Assembly (NCBI GenBank): GCA_002418265.1
Contig: DIDS01000032.1
Location: 76,396-140,395, forward strand
DNA from: Acidimicrobiia bacterium UBA5794
GTDB taxonomy: Bacteria > Actinomycetota > Acidimicrobiia > Spongiisociales > UBA5794
Reading direction: 5' to 3'
DNA length: 64,000 bases
This document shows, piece by piece, positions 37,315 to 48,423 of the stretch (the first letter of the stretch is position 1; each line of letters opens with the position of its first letter). Both the position numbers and the translations under genes were made by a program. The notes under the pieces are model-generated. The model ran no database searches and had not been told where the DNA came from. It worked only from the letters and a program-made list of their open reading frames with translations.

Positions 37315-38933
37315 CGCTCGACAACAGCCTTTGGCTTGATGGAGAGGAAATAGACAGGAAGCACCGACATGGCGATGAGGATAAGCGCAGCAGTCGCTGC
37401 TCGTGTGTAGAGCAATTCGTCGGCGGCCGCCCACACACGAACAGCGAGTGTCGAGAATCCTGGCGGACTCAACAGCAGTGTGACGGGAAGCTCCTTGAGA
37501 GTCGTGACGAACACCAAGGCGCCACCGGCCAGAAGGCCCTTCGCCATCAATGGAACGGTCACTCGCATCAAGGTCGCGAAAGGGCCACGCCCGAGCGATC
37601 GTGATGCATCTTCGACGGCAGGGTCGACTTGGAGGAGCGACGCTTTCGCCGCACTGGTTGATTGGGCAATGAACATGCCTGCATAGACCGTTACGAGAAC
37701 GAACATGGTCTGGTAGACCGGCCGTGCCCACCTGATGGTGAAGGCAACGACGGCGATGGCAATCGTGATATGTGGAAGCGAGAAGATCACGAACACCGAT
37801 CGCTCAAGGAGCATCGTTCGCTTCGACGCGTAGCGAACGGCGAGGACGACGATCGGTACGGTGAACACCATGGCCACCAACGCAGCGAGTGAGCCACCGG
37901 TCAACGATCCAACAACGGCATTCCACGGGACCGAGATGTCCGCTCCGTGATACGCCCCGCGCGCCACCCAGGTCGTCAACACCCCGATGGGAATCACCGT
38001 CCCGATGACCACGACTGTTCCCAAACCGGCAACGGCGAGGACATGTTTCGCTCCTCGGAGCCGATGCAAGGCCGGGGGCCGGTTCGGTGTCGACGAGAAC
38101 GTCGTGCCCCTACCCGATGTTCGCCGCTCCGCCCAGATGATCACGCTGGCAAAGAGAATCAACACGATCGAGAGCACGATCGCCGGTGATCGGTCGATAC
38201 GACCCGAGTACTGGGCGTAGATCACCCTCGTGAAGGCATCAAAACGCATGAGTGAAACCGCGCCGAAATCCGACAACGTGTAGAGCGCGGCAAGCAGAGC
38301 ACCCGCGCCAACTGCAGGTCGAAGTTGAGGAAGCACGACGGTGCGGAACACCCGCCACGGTGATGCCCCAAGTCCGCGAGCCGCCTCCTCAAGTGCGGGA
38401 TCGATCCGTCCGATCGAGGCGGCCGTGATGAGGTAGACGTACGGATACGTGGCAAGCGTCAGGGCGACCCACGCCCCGGGAAACCCCGTCAGTCTGGGGA
38501 TCTCGAAGCCAACGAGCTGAGCGACAAGTCCGCGTGGACCCGACGACGAGACGAGGACCATCGCAATCACATACGACGGAATGACAAGCGGGAGAGCGAA
38601 CGCGACACCCCACATCCTTTTGAACCCAATATCGGTCCTTGCCAGGATCCACGCACCGGCCACGCCGATGGCGGTTGCGGCCATCGTAACGAGGGCCGTG
38701 AGAGCAAAGGATCGCCACACCAACTCGAGTGTGCGGATCGACAACAGCGTCGACCATGCCGAGTCCGTCGCGTCGAGAACCCGAACCAGGAGCGCGACGA
38801 TGGCAAGTCCGAGCGGGAGAACGATCAGTAGTGAAGCGACCCAGAGCCACCAAGGTGCCTTGGCGGCTGATACCCGTGACCGACGGATCGGATCCGTCTG
38901 CGGTAAGGCATTCGGATCGATGTCGATCATCAT
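37311..38933 (-). CDS. ABC transporter permease, fused two-domain (FbpB-like)
   Basis: ~540 aa, 12 TM. Two EAA-like loops (LSDFGAVSLMRFD.., GRGPFATLMRVTVP). Stop overlaps the ATPase start. Confidence 0.8.
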   Translation of the reverse strand: MMIDIDPNALPQTDPIRRSRVSAAKAPWWLWVASLLIVLPLGLAIVALLVRVLDATDSAWSTLLSIRTLELVWRSFALTALVTMAATAIGVAGAWILARTDIGFKRMWGVAFALPLVIPSYVIAMVLVSSSGPRGLVAQLVGFEIPRLTGFPGAWVALTLATYPYVYLITAASIGRIDPALEEAARGLGASPWRVFRTVVLPQLRPAVGAGALLAALYTLSDFGAVSLMRFDAFTRVIYAQYSGRIDRSPAIVLSIVLILFASVIIWAERRTSGRGTTFSSTPNRPPALHRLRGAKHVLAVAGLGTVVVIGTVIPIGVLTTWVARGAYHGADISVPWNAVVGSLTGGSLAALVAMVFTVPIVVLAVRYASKRTMLLERSVFVIFSLPHITIAIAVVAFTIRWARPVYQTMFVLVTVYAGMFIAQSTSAAKASLLQVDPAVEDASRSLGRGPFATLMRVTVPLMAKGLLAGGALVFVTTLKELPVTLLLSPPGFSTLAVRVWAAADELLYTRAATAALILIAMSVLPVYFLSIKPKAVVER

Positions 38934-38943
38934 TCCCTCGCCG

Positions 38944-39939
38944 TCACAACAGCCCGGCGTCAGCCACCAGATCTGTCGCAAGATCGAGGACGCCCGCGAG
39001 ATCCGAAAGATTGATATCCGGCGTCGCGATCGTGTCGATCGGTGGCAGCGCAGGGTTGGCGGCTACGCCCGGCACCATCGGGTATTCGAACGTCTCGTCT
39101 GCAAAGTAGGTCTGGGATTCGTCATTGAGCAGCCACTCGATGAACGTTCGACCTTCGTCCTTGTGCTCTGAGCTTGAGAGGATGCCGGCTCCAGCTGGCA
39201 TCACAAGCGATCCAGCAGTCGGTTCGGGGAAAAAATAGTTCAATCCGACCACATCCGGGTTCTCAGACAACGCTCGTAGTAGGTAGTAGTGGTTGACAAG
39301 TCCGGCGTCGATCTCGCCAGCGTTGACCGCAGCAACGATTGGTGAGTTCTTCGGATAGGTGGGCGAGTTGTTCGCCGCCATGCCCTTGAGCCACGTGAGG
39401 GTCGACTCTTCGCCGTCGATCAGGATCTTGGCGGCAACGAACGCAAGAAATGAACCGTTGGTGGGCGCGATTCCGACCCGACCCTTCCATTGCTCGTCTA
39501 CAAAGGCATCCTCTGTCGGAGGAAGCGTGGCTTCGCTGACCGACGTCGGATCGTAGACCACGACCCTGGCTCGCCCCGATGTCCCGACCCAATGCCCTGC
39601 ATCATCGGAGAATCGGGACGGCACCTTCCCAAGTAGTTCGTTTGGGAGCGTTTCGAACAATCCCGCGAGCGCAACGGTTCCGAGCGATGCGGGATCCTGG
39701 GCGAAGAACACATCGGCGGGGGAGGCGGCACCTTCCTCAAGAATCGTTCCGGCGAGATCGGCTGAATCGGCATATTTGACCACGACGTTGATGCCGGTGT
39801 CCTTCGTGAACGCATCGATCACCGGTTGAACCAGATCCTCGCTCCGCCCCGAGTACAACGTGATGTGTGCATCTCCTGACGAAGAACACCCGGATGCGAC
39901 GATTGCGGCCACCACCGCAAGCAGTGTGATTCGCCTCAT
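38944..39939 (-). CDS. Fe(III)-type ABC transporter substrate-binding lipoprotein
   Basis: 331 aa. Lipobox LLAVVAAIVASGC. Periplasmic-binding-protein fold blocks of the FbpA/AfuA type. Confidence 0.75.
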   Translation of the reverse strand: MRRITLLAVVAAIVASGCSSSGDAHITLYSGRSEDLVQPVIDAFTKDTGINVVVKYADSADLAGTILEEGAASPADVFFAQDPASLGTVALAGLFETLPNELLGKVPSRFSDDAGHWVGTSGRARVVVYDPTSVSEATLPPTEDAFVDEQWKGRVGIAPTNGSFLAFVAAKILIDGEESTLTWLKGMAANNSPTYPKNSPIVAAVNAGEIDAGLVNHYYLLRALSENPDVVGLNYFFPEPTAGSLVMPAGAGILSSSEHKDEGRTFIEWLLNDESQTYFADETFEYPMVPGVAANPALPPIDTIATPDINLSDLAGVLDLATDLVADAGLL

Positions 39940-40052
39940 GATCCAAGACCTTCCGATTCTTTCGCTATGCCTTATGAATTAATTAGGCAAGATTATATTC
40001 ACTACGTTCGTAGGGCAAATTAGAGCGACAGCACCGATGTCCGGCGAAATCC

Positions 40053-41159
40053 TCACGCCTCGGACGGTCGGACCAGAAAGGGTATCTCGACGTCCGCTCG
40101 TTCGGCTCCGCCGTGGTGTCCGACGAGTTTCCGATTTGACTGGGGCCCAAATGCGGTGGTCCCTTGCGGCAGGAACACGATCCCTGAAGGTGCTCTGGCG
40201 ACGAACTGAGGGTGCATCGGGCCTGGCCCCCACCACTCGGGTCCCGTTTCAAGCGGTGACCATGCTCCGCCGTGACGATCGGCGAGCTTTGATCCGTCGC
40301 CATGAACGAACACGACTCGGCCATCCTCAGAAACGAAGCCTCCGTCCAGATCGTCCATATCGATGAGATGGCGTGAGGATTCGTCGATATCGATGTGGCC
40401 GTGATCGGCGGTCCCGATCAGACACACATCGGAAGGGAGCATGGTTGCGAGACTGGCCCAGATTGTGTTTGCGCGTGTCATCGCCTCGTCGTACATCTCG
40501 GACCTTTGTCCAGCGATGTGTGCGGCAAAGTCAACGTCTGGGACATATACGAACACGAGCCGCTTGCCGATCGAAGCGACATCGGTCGCGATCGTGGCGA
40601 TCTCATCGATGTTCCAGTAGCCCTCGAATCTGGCGCCCCGATACAGCGCTTTCGTGAGGGGGGTCGACGCAAAGTTGCCAGGCTGTATCACGACTGGCTC
40701 AATCCCTGACGCATTGAGCCGTTCCCACAGGTTCGGTGACGGAAGAAGCCCGGGCGCATCGAGGTCAGGAATCGGCTCCCCGATCGGTGTTGTCATGTGG
40801 ATCGTGTTGACCACCGAACCGATGTCGGGCATCCACATCTTGTATGCAATCAAACCGTGCTGGGAAGGAGGGAGCCCTGTTGCGACCGTCGCGAGGCTCA
40901 CGGTGGTTGTTGCAGGGAACGGAGCGTCGAGCACGCCTGTCGTGGCGGCAGCCAGATCGTGTGCATTTGGGTGGTTGAGCTGGTGTGCTCCGAGACCGTC
41001 AAACAGCACGAGGACGCAGGTTGAAGCAGAAGGAATGGAATCTGCCAGGTCCGGATCCAGCGTGGGCGACGGGGCGGCTCCCGTGAGCCGATGTTCGATC
41101 TCTGCCACGAGATTGACCAGCCCACGCCCGACATAATTGGGTACTTGAGGAACATCCAT
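40053..41159 (-). CDS. alkaline phosphatase-superfamily protein (nucleotide pyrophosphatase/phosphodiesterase-like)
   Basis: 368 aa. Metal-site-like blocks LVLFDGLGAH and GTADHGH. Confidence 0.65.
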   Translation of the reverse strand: MDVPQVPNYVGRGLVNLVAEIEHRLTGAAPSPTLDPDLADSIPSASTCVLVLFDGLGAHQLNHPNAHDLAAATTGVLDAPFPATTTVSLATVATGLPPSQHGLIAYKMWMPDIGSVVNTIHMTTPIGEPIPDLDAPGLLPSPNLWERLNASGIEPVVIQPGNFASTPLTKALYRGARFEGYWNIDEIATIATDVASIGKRLVFVYVPDVDFAAHIAGQRSEMYDEAMTRANTIWASLATMLPSDVCLIGTADHGHIDIDESSRHLIDMDDLDGGFVSEDGRVVFVHGDGSKLADRHGGAWSPLETGPEWWGPGPMHPQFVARAPSGIVFLPQGTTAFGPQSNRKLVGHHGGAERADVEIPFLVRPSEA

Positions 41160-41305
41160 CGGTGCGGAAACTAACAGTCATGGGCTGCGAGCCCTAGGCC
41201 TGCGTCGATCGGCTTTCGTCTAATTACAAGTGCCTCCACGGACTGCGATAGAATCGCAACCCGTAAGGGAACGACCAACCTGTCTGCTTCGAAGGGTTAC
41301 TCGGG

Positions 41306-41689
41306 GTGCTCAATCAGTACTACGGCGACTACCTGACCGTCGCGCTGTTCATCGCGGTTGGTGCAATATTGGTGGGTGGGGCAGTCGGTGCGTCGAAACT
41401 CCTTGCCCCCAAGAATCCGGGTGGTTTCAAAGATGTTGCGTATGAATCTGGAATCGAGCCTGTTGGTGGGGGCTGGAACCAGAGTCACATCCGGTACTAC
41501 ATCTTCGCCCTGATGTTCCTGATTTTCGACGTCGAGGCTGTGTTCATCTTTCCGTGGGCGATCACACTTGATGCGTTCCAAGCAGCTGGGCGCGGTGTCT
41601 TCATTCTTGTCGAGATGTTCCTTTTCATTCTGATTCTTCTGTCCGGTCTGCTCTACGCCATAAGGAAGGGCGTCCTCAAATGGGAGTGA
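41306..41689 (+). CDS. nuoA: NADH-quinone oxidoreductase subunit A, second copy
   Basis: 127 aa, GTG start, 3 TM with [11 protein letters not shown]. Confidence 0.8.
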   Translation: MLNQYYGDYLTVALFIAVGAILVGGAVGASKLLAPKNPGGFKDVAYESGIEPVGGGWNQSHIRYYIFALMFLIFDVEAVFIFPWAITLDAFQAAGRGVFILVEMFLFILILLSGLLYAIRKGVLKWE

Positions 41690-42177
41690 TCGACAGATTC
41701 AACACCCCAAAACCTCTGTCATGGCTGCTCAACTGGTCCCGCAAGTATTCCCTCTGGTATTTCCAGTTCGGGCTTGCATGCTGTGCAATCGAGGTCATGG
41801 CCGTGTCGAGCTCACGGTACGACTTCATGCGTTTCGGGATCACCCCGCTCCCCGCTTCACCCAGGCAAGCTGACCTCATGGTCGTCGCAGGGACCGTGAC
41901 CGACAAGATGGCTCCTGCGATCCGTCGTCTGTACGATCAAATGCCCGAACCCAAGTACGTGATCTCGATGGGATCATGCTCGAATTCTGGTGGTCCCTAC
42001 TGGGATTCGTACTCGGTGACGAAGGGTGTTGATCAGTTGATGCCGGTCGACATCTATGTCCCTGGTTGTCCTCCCCGCCCAGAGGCACTCCTTCAGGGCA
42101 TCATCCTGCTTCAGGAACGTATCCAGAACGAGGACTTGAAAAAGAAGTGGAGTGGGGTTGATGAGCGACACGCCTGA
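41680..42177 (+). CDS. nuoB: NADH-quinone oxidoreductase subunit B, second copy
   Basis: 165 aa. [27 protein letters not shown]. Confidence 0.9.
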   Translation: MGVIDRFNTPKPLSWLLNWSRKYSLWYFQFGLACCAIEVMAVSSSRYDFMRFGITPLPASPRQADLMVVAGTVTDKMAPAIRRLYDQMPEPKYVISMGSCSNSGGPYWDSYSVTKGVDQLMPVDIYVPGCPPRPEALLQGIILLQERIQNEDLKKKWSGVDERHA

Positions 42178-42820
42178 CACGCCAACCACGGAAACCGACG
42201 TCGTCGAAGCGGCTGAGCATGACGGGGTTGAGACCGGTGCACTTCAACAGTGGGCCGATGCACTCGTTGAGGAACTCGGTGCCCTCGGTTCAACGGTCGA
42301 GTTCGACACGGTCCGCATCCATGTCGATCCCGCACGGTGGGTCGAAACGATCAATCAGGCCCGTAAGAAACTTGAACTCTTTTCGTGGCTGTCGGCAATC
42401 GACTGGTCAAAGGATGTCGAGGTCGGGGATCCGGTCGATGATGTCGACACATTGGAGGAACGTTTCGAGGTCCTCTGTCGTCTTTCGTCGGTCGAAAACG
42501 CCGATGGTGCCATCTTCGTTGCTGTGATCGACCGGGAGAACCCCTTCATCGACTCGCTGATGCCGACAATCGGTGGCGCCGAATGGCACGAGCGCGAAGC
42601 ACACGAAATGTTCGGCATTGACTTTGTCGGAAACACGAATCTGATCCCGCTCTATCTCCCCGACGACTTCATCGGGAACCCCCTCCTCAAGTCATACCCC
42701 CTGCTCAGCCGTGAGGTCAAGCCGTGGCCGGGCGACGTCGACGTGGAACCGATGCCCGAACTGCCCGAGATCGAAGCAACCGACGACGTTGAATCGGACA
42801 CCGAAGGTGAGGAATCATGA
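42161..42820 (+). CDS. nuoC: NADH-quinone oxidoreductase subunit C, second copy
   Basis: ~219 aa. [16 protein letters not shown] block. Start uncertain (42152 or 42161). Confidence 0.8.
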   Translation: MSDTPDTPTTETDVVEAAEHDGVETGALQQWADALVEELGALGSTVEFDTVRIHVDPARWVETINQARKKLELFSWLSAIDWSKDVEVGDPVDDVDTLEERFEVLCRLSSVENADGAIFVAVIDRENPFIDSLMPTIGGAEWHEREAHEMFGIDFVGNTNLIPLYLPDDFIGNPLLKSYPLLSREVKPWPGDVDVEPMPELPEIEATDDVESDTEGEES

Positions 42821-44001
42821 CTGACCTCGCCATGATCCATCGCTCCGAGTCGGCGGTCTCCATCGAACTCCAGACACCTGACATGACGCTCAACATCGGA
42901 CCCCAGCACCCCTCCACGCACGGGGTCCTCAGGCTCATTGCCAAGGTCGCAGGCGAACGCGTCACCGATGTCGAGCCCGTGATCGGGTACATGCATCGTG
43001 GGTACGAAAAGTTGTCCGAGGTTCGCACGTATGCCCAGATCACCACATTGGTGAACCGCATCGACTGGGTAGCAGGGTTTGCCAGTGAGGTTCCGTTCAT
43101 CATCGGTGTCGAAAAACTCATGGGTGTCGAAGCGCCTCCGCGTGCCCAATACATTCGGATGATCCTCACCGAGCTTGCCCGTATGGCGTCCCATCTTGTT
43201 TTCATGTCGTCTTACCCCCTTGAACTTGGCGCCACGACCCCCCTCATGTACGCATTGCGTGAACGTGAATACATCCTTGAGCTGATCGAGGAAGTGACCG
43301 GCGGCCGGTTCCACCCCAACTTCAACCGAGTCGGGGGTGTCAAGCCGGTCTATGGCGGTGGATCGATGACCAAGAAGTGGTCCTTGGATCTCCCTGAGGG
43401 CTTCCTCCAGCGGGCACGGGATGCCATGGATCGTATGGAGCAGATCTGTGACGACATCGACACCCTCGTCAGCGACAACGAGCTCATCAAGATGCGAACC
43501 GTCGGTATCGGTGTGATTCCTCGCGACAAGGCGCTCGAGTATGGGTTGACGGGTCCGAACCTACGGGCTTCGGGAGTGGCGTACGATTTGCGGAAGGTCG
43601 AAAATCTCTTGCCATACGATGAGATCGACTTCGACATCGCCGTTCGCCAAGGCGGGGACTGTTATGACCGATACGTTCTGCGGATCGAGGAGGTCCGGCA
43701 GTCGTCAAGGATCGTCCGTCAGGCAGTTGACCAGATCCCCTCCGGGCCGTTGCAGACCAAGGTACCCCGTGTCCTGAAGGCACCCCGCGGTCAGGTCTAC
43801 TCACGGGGCGAGAACCCGAAGGGTGAGTTCGGGTACCACATCGTTTCTGAGGGCGCACGGATGCCATACCGTCTCAAGATCCGTTCGACGAGTTTCTCGA
43901 ACCTCTCGATTCTCCCCTGGATCCTCCAGGATGCCCTCATCCCTGACCTGGTTGCAATCATGGGTTCACTCGACTTCGTCCTCGGAGATGTTGATCGATG
44001 A
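42817..44001 (+). CDS. nuoD: NADH-quinone oxidoreductase subunit D, second copy
   Basis: 394 aa. [16 protein letters not shown]-terminal SLDFVLGDVDR. Confidence 0.9.
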   Translation: MTDLAMIHRSESAVSIELQTPDMTLNIGPQHPSTHGVLRLIAKVAGERVTDVEPVIGYMHRGYEKLSEVRTYAQITTLVNRIDWVAGFASEVPFIIGVEKLMGVEAPPRAQYIRMILTELARMASHLVFMSSYPLELGATTPLMYALREREYILELIEEVTGGRFHPNFNRVGGVKPVYGGGSMTKKWSLDLPEGFLQRARDAMDRMEQICDDIDTLVSDNELIKMRTVGIGVIPRDKALEYGLTGPNLRASGVAYDLRKVENLLPYDEIDFDIAVRQGGDCYDRYVLRIEEVRQSSRIVRQAVDQIPSGPLQTKVPRVLKAPRGQVYSRGENPKGEFGYHIVSEGARMPYRLKIRSTSFSNLSILPWILQDALIPDLVAIMGSLDFVLGDVDR

Positions 44002-45008
44002 ACTTCTGGCTTGAGCTGATCATCAAACTCGTCGCGATCCTCGGGTTCGTTCTGACCGGCGCGCTCGTCGTCATTTATGCCGAGTTGAAAGCTGGTTCGC
44101 ACATGCAGGGCCGGATAGGTCCGTACTACGCAGGGGTTCGTTGGGGATGGGCCCAGCCTCTTGCCGACGGTCTCAAGTTCCTTCAGAAGGAAGACCTGTC
44201 ACCCACCGGAGCAGACCGCACCATCTATGGGCTTGCACCCTACGTCGTGATGATGTCGACCATTGCAGTGTTCGTGGTGATCCCATTCGGCCCCGACATG
44301 GTGGGTCGTGACCTCGATCTGGGCATCTACTTCATCCTTGCCATATCGTCGCTTTCAGTCCTCGGCATTCTCATGGCCGGCTGGTCATCGGCGAACAAGT
44401 ACTCGCTGATGGGTGGTTTGCGTGCCGCTGCCCAGCTCATTGCCTATGAGCTCCCGCTCGTCCTCGCTGCTGCTGCGGTTGTGGTGCAGGCGGGAACGAT
44501 GTCAATGAACGGCATTGTCCTTGCCCAATCGGAAACGTGGTTCACGGTCGCCGGAATCGACGTTGCGATGCCGTTCCTGCTCAAGGGACAGATCATCAGT
44601 TTCATCATCTTCATGATTGCTGTGGTCGCAGAGCTCTCCCGAATCCCGTTCGACATGCCCATTGCCGAATCTGAACTGACCATGGGATATCTCACCGAGT
44701 ACTCGGGAATCCGGTTCACGATGTTCTTCCTCGGTGAGTACGCATCGATGATTGCCTTCAGCGCCATTGCCGCAACGTTGTTCCTTGGCGGATACGCAGC
44801 TCCTGGCGTTCCTGACGGCCTGGCGAACCTTGTGGGGCCCGGGGTGATGCTGCTCAAGATCGCCCTACTCGTCTTTGTGATCATCTGGATCAGATGGACG
44901 TGGCCTCGACTTCGAGAAGACCAGCTCCAGCGGTTGGCGTGGTTCTGGCTCATCCCCATCGCCCTTGCCAACATTGCCGTTGTCGCGATCTTCAAAGTGG
45001 TGTTCTAG
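43998..45008 (+). CDS. nuoH: NADH-quinone oxidoreductase subunit H, second copy
   Basis: 336 aa. RIGPYYAGVRWGWAQPLADGLK and ESELTMGYLTEYSG blocks. Confidence 0.9.
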   Translation: MNFWLELIIKLVAILGFVLTGALVVIYAELKAGSHMQGRIGPYYAGVRWGWAQPLADGLKFLQKEDLSPTGADRTIYGLAPYVVMMSTIAVFVVIPFGPDMVGRDLDLGIYFILAISSLSVLGILMAGWSSANKYSLMGGLRAAAQLIAYELPLVLAAAAVVVQAGTMSMNGIVLAQSETWFTVAGIDVAMPFLLKGQIISFIIFMIAVVAELSRIPFDMPIAESELTMGYLTEYSGIRFTMFFLGEYASMIAFSAIAATLFLGGYAAPGVPDGLANLVGPGVMLLKIALLVFVIIWIRWTWPRLREDQLQRLAWFWLIPIALANIAVVAIFKVVF

Positions 45009-45485
45009 ATGAGCGACAAGCAAATCAGATTCCCATTCCGCGGCCTTTGGGAAGGCATGTGGTTGACGCTCAAGACGATGCTCAAACCTGCACCGGTCAC
45101 CATGTATCCCCAGGTCCAGGAGGAACCCGTCCCCCGTGCCAGGGGCGTCATCGCACTCGACGTCGAAGCGTGCACGGTCTGCATGTTGTGCGCCCGAGAA
45201 TGTCCCGATTGGTGCATCTACATCGAGGGTCACAAAGAAGAGCAGCCTCCGTCCAAGCCAGGCGGTCGGCCCCGTGTCCGTGCAACGCTCGACCGGTTCG
45301 ACATCGACTACTCACTGTGCATGTATTGCGGGATCTGCGTTGAGGTGTGCCCATTCGATGCCCTCTTCTGGACACCCGAATATGAGTACAGCGAACCGAA
45401 AATCACCAACCTCCTCCACAATATGGACAAGCTCACGTACTGGCTCGGAACCGTCCCCGACCAGCCACCGCTGGAGAAATCATGA
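45009..45485 (+). CDS. nuoI: NADH-quinone oxidoreductase subunit I, second copy
   Basis: 158 aa. [12 protein letters not shown] and [12 protein letters not shown]. Confidence 0.9.
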   Translation: MSDKQIRFPFRGLWEGMWLTLKTMLKPAPVTMYPQVQEEPVPRARGVIALDVEACTVCMLCARECPDWCIYIEGHKEEQPPSKPGGRPRVRATLDRFDIDYSLCMYCGICVEVCPFDALFWTPEYEYSEPKITNLLHNMDKLTYWLGTVPDQPPLEKS

Positions 45486-46021
45486 CGGTTACGATCTCTG
45501 AGTTCTTCAAAGAATCAGCCAACTGGGCCTTTCTCGCAATCGCTGTTCCGACGTTGTTTGCGGGGTGGCGGACCGTCACGAGCAACAACATCGTGCGTGC
45601 GGTTCTGTATCTGGTGGTTTCCCTTGGCGGCACCGCTGGCTTGTTCTTCATGCTCGGAGCCGAGTTCGTGGGATGGACAGTCGTGCTTGTGTACATCGGC
45701 GCCGTCATCATCTTGTTCCTGATCGGCATCATGATCACCAGGGCGCCGTTGGGTCAGGAGGCCGACCTCAGTCACGCCATGAATGTCAAGGCTCCTGCTG
45801 CGCTACTTTCCACGGTCGTTTTCGGTGTCATCACCTGGGCCATGATCGATGCTTTCGGCAACAACATGATTCCACCGTTCGAGCCCACAGCCACTTCGGA
45901 TCTGTCACTGCTCCTGTTCGATCGATTCGTGATCCCATTCGAGGTTGTGTCCTTTGTGCTCCTGGCCGCGCTCATCGGTGGAATCGCCATCGCCAGACAG
46001 GATGAGGAGGTGGTGTCATGA
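45482..46021 (+). CDS. nuoJ: NADH-quinone oxidoreductase subunit J, second copy
   Basis: 179 aa, 5 TM. Confidence 0.8.
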   Translation: MTVTISEFFKESANWAFLAIAVPTLFAGWRTVTSNNIVRAVLYLVVSLGGTAGLFFMLGAEFVGWTVVLVYIGAVIILFLIGIMITRAPLGQEADLSHAMNVKAPAALLSTVVFGVITWAMIDAFGNNMIPPFEPTATSDLSLLLFDRFVIPFEVVSFVLLAALIGGIAIARQDEEVVS

Positions 46022-46323
46022 CGCTGATCCAATTCCTCATCGTTGCCACAGCCCTCTTCTCGTTTGGCCTCTATGGAGTGATTACCAGAAAGAACGCGGT
46101 CCTCGTTCTCGCATCGGTGGAGTTGATGCTCGCTGCCGTCAACATCAACCTGGTCGCATTCGACGTGTACCTTGACGATCCCCTCAACTCGGGCCAGATC
46201 TTTACCTTGTTCACCATTGCACTTGCTGCCGCCGAGGTGGGTATTGGTATTGCGATCATCTTGATGATCTACCGCAATCGTCAGTCCGCTGATGTCGACG
46301 ACCTCGATTTGATGAAGGGCTGA
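46018..46323 (+). CDS. nuoK: NADH-quinone oxidoreductase subunit K, second copy
   Basis: 101 aa, 3 [14 protein letters not shown]. Confidence 0.85.
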   Translation: MTLIQFLIVATALFSFGLYGVITRKNAVLVLASVELMLAAVNINLVAFDVYLDDPLNSGQIFTLFTIALAAAEVGIGIAIILMIYRNRQSADVDDLDLMKG

Positions 46324-46325
46324 GC

Positions 46326-48410
46326 ATGCTCCCACTCGCAACATTTGCCCAGCAACTCATCCTTGCTACCGAGGAGACCACGGGCGGCCATTCGGGCATC
46401 GAACCTGGCATCACATCGGGTGCACTGGTGGAGTGGGCCTGGCTCATCGTTGTGGTCCCGCTTGTCGCCACATTCCTCATCCTGTTCTTCGGCAAGAAAC
46501 TGCCGATGAAGGGCTGGGAGCTCGCGGTGGGATCCATCGGCTTCGTCGGTGTCTACGGCACGATCCTGTTCATCCTCAATGCGACGGAGGGGATTCTCTA
46601 CGAAGGACATCTTGAAGTAGCCAAGATGGGGGACTTCATCATCGAGTGGGGCTGGATGGTCGACGGCTTGTCGATCATGATGTACTTCCTTGTCGGTGTC
46701 GTGGGAACGCTCGTGTTCGTGTACGCCAAGTCGTACATGGACGGAGACATCCGGTTCACCTGGTTCTTCGTGTCTTTCTCATTGTTCGCCGGCGGCATGC
46801 TGGTTTTGGTCTCGGCACCCAACTTCCTGCAGCTCATCGTCGGCTGGGAGCTCGTTGGTGTGTCCTCGTATCTGCTCATCGGGCACTACTGGGAGGATTT
46901 CGAGAACGTCGATGCGGGCAACAAGGCGTTCATGGTCAACAAGGTTGCCGATGCTGCGCTGTTCATCGGGGCAATCATCATGGCGGTATCGGTCGGCTCG
47001 TTCAGCTTCAACGACATCATCGATGTCGTGATGCACGGCGAGGCCGGACCCCTTTCCCAGTTCGGTTTCTGGGCAGGTCTGGCCGTCTTCATCGGGGCAA
47101 TGGGCAAATCGGCACAGTTCCCGTTGCACGTGTGGTTGCCCGATGCCATGGCGGGCCCCACACCGGTGTCCGCTCTCATGCACGCTGCAACCATGGTGAC
47201 CGCGGGTGTCTATCTCCTCGGCCGGCTGTTCCCGTTCTATCTCGATGTCGGTGGCATGTTCGGGGGCGATGTCAGGAACATCATCATCGTGATCGGTGGG
47301 TTGACACTCTTCCTCATGGGTCTTGTTGCGATTGTCCAGGATGACATCAAGAAGGTTCTTGCCTACTCCACCGTGTCACAGCTCGGGTACATGGTCGCCG
47401 CGATGGGAGCGGGTGCGTACACCGCTGGGTTGTTCCATCTGTTCACCCATGCGTTCTTCAAGGCGCTGTTGTTCCTCGGAGCTGGTTCGCTGATCCATGC
47501 GGTGCATTCCAACGACATGTCAGACATGGGTGGCCTCCGCAAGAAAATGCCGGCCACGTTCTGGACCTTCATCTTGGGGACCCTCGCCCTCGTTGCCGTG
47601 TTTCCATTCGCCGGGTTCTTCTCCAAGGACGAAATACTGGCTTCCATCAAGTATGCGGGTGGGTCTGGTCAGGACGTTGCGAACTCCATTCTCATCCTCG
47701 GCCTGCTTGGATCGTTCATCACAGCCTTCTACATGGTGCGCGTGATCGCCCTCACCTTCTTCGGTGAGTACAAGGGTGCGGCCCATCCGCACGAGTCCCC
47801 GAAGCTCATGACCTATCCCCTCATCGTTCTTGCGTTCTTTGCCGTGACCGCCGGATGGGTGAACATCCCCGGTGTCTACACCGGCTTCACCGAGTGGGTG
47901 GCGACTCGCGTCCCACTTGTGGGGATGGGGGATCACCACGCAGAAGGGTTCGACTGGCCGGTCGTGCTCGTGTCGAGTGGCCTTGTGCTCGTTGGTGTTG
48001 TGATCGCGTGGATGATCTACAACAAGGACGCGGAGACAAATGCGGCCCGTGACTGGTTCCGGATCCCCGTTCTGTGGCCACTTCTGGAGAACAAGTACTT
48101 CATCGACGACCTCTACATGAGTGGTGTGGTTCGACCTGTCATGGGGCCGATCGCAAGCACGGTGCTGTGGTTCGACATGAACGTGGTTGACGGCATCGTC
48201 AACGGGGCAGGAGCCGCGGGCAAGGTTCTTTCCAAGGGTGTGTTGGTGATCGACGACAACGTGGTCGACGGGGTATTCAACGCATCGGGTGCCGTAACCG
48301 GTGCCTCGGGATCCGTTCTGAGAAGGTCTTTCACAGGCCGCGTGCAGCAGTATGCGGCGTTCGGTTTTGTCGGCGTGATCGTGATCGTCGTCCTTTTCGT
48401 CATCATCTAG
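46326..48410 (+). CDS. nuoL: NADH-quinone oxidoreductase subunit L, second copy (extended C-terminus)
   Basis: 694 aa. WLPDAMAGPTPVSALMHAATMV. Confidence 0.9.
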   Translation: MLPLATFAQQLILATEETTGGHSGIEPGITSGALVEWAWLIVVVPLVATFLILFFGKKLPMKGWELAVGSIGFVGVYGTILFILNATEGILYEGHLEVAKMGDFIIEWGWMVDGLSIMMYFLVGVVGTLVFVYAKSYMDGDIRFTWFFVSFSLFAGGMLVLVSAPNFLQLIVGWELVGVSSYLLIGHYWEDFENVDAGNKAFMVNKVADAALFIGAIIMAVSVGSFSFNDIIDVVMHGEAGPLSQFGFWAGLAVFIGAMGKSAQFPLHVWLPDAMAGPTPVSALMHAATMVTAGVYLLGRLFPFYLDVGGMFGGDVRNIIIVIGGLTLFLMGLVAIVQDDIKKVLAYSTVSQLGYMVAAMGAGAYTAGLFHLFTHAFFKALLFLGAGSLIHAVHSNDMSDMGGLRKKMPATFWTFILGTLALVAVFPFAGFFSKDEILASIKYAGGSGQDVANSILILGLLGSFITAFYMVRVIALTFFGEYKGAAHPHESPKLMTYPLIVLAFFAVTAGWVNIPGVYTGFTEWVATRVPLVGMGDHHAEGFDWPVVLVSSGLVLVGVVIAWMIYNKDAETNAARDWFRIPVLWPLLENKYFIDDLYMSGVVRPVMGPIASTVLWFDMNVVDGIVNGAGAAGKVLSKGVLVIDDNVVDGVFNASGAVTGASGSVLRRSFTGRVQQYAAFGFVGVIVIVVLFVII

Positions 48411-48423
48411 GAGGAGCAACAAG

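Noticed and set aside
39961-40020. IdeR/DtxR iron box in the Fe ABC transporter promoter
   Set aside because: Alignment of the AT-rich segment to TTAGGTTAGGCTAACCTAA gave few matches. Reported only as an unexplained repeat-bearing AT-rich island.
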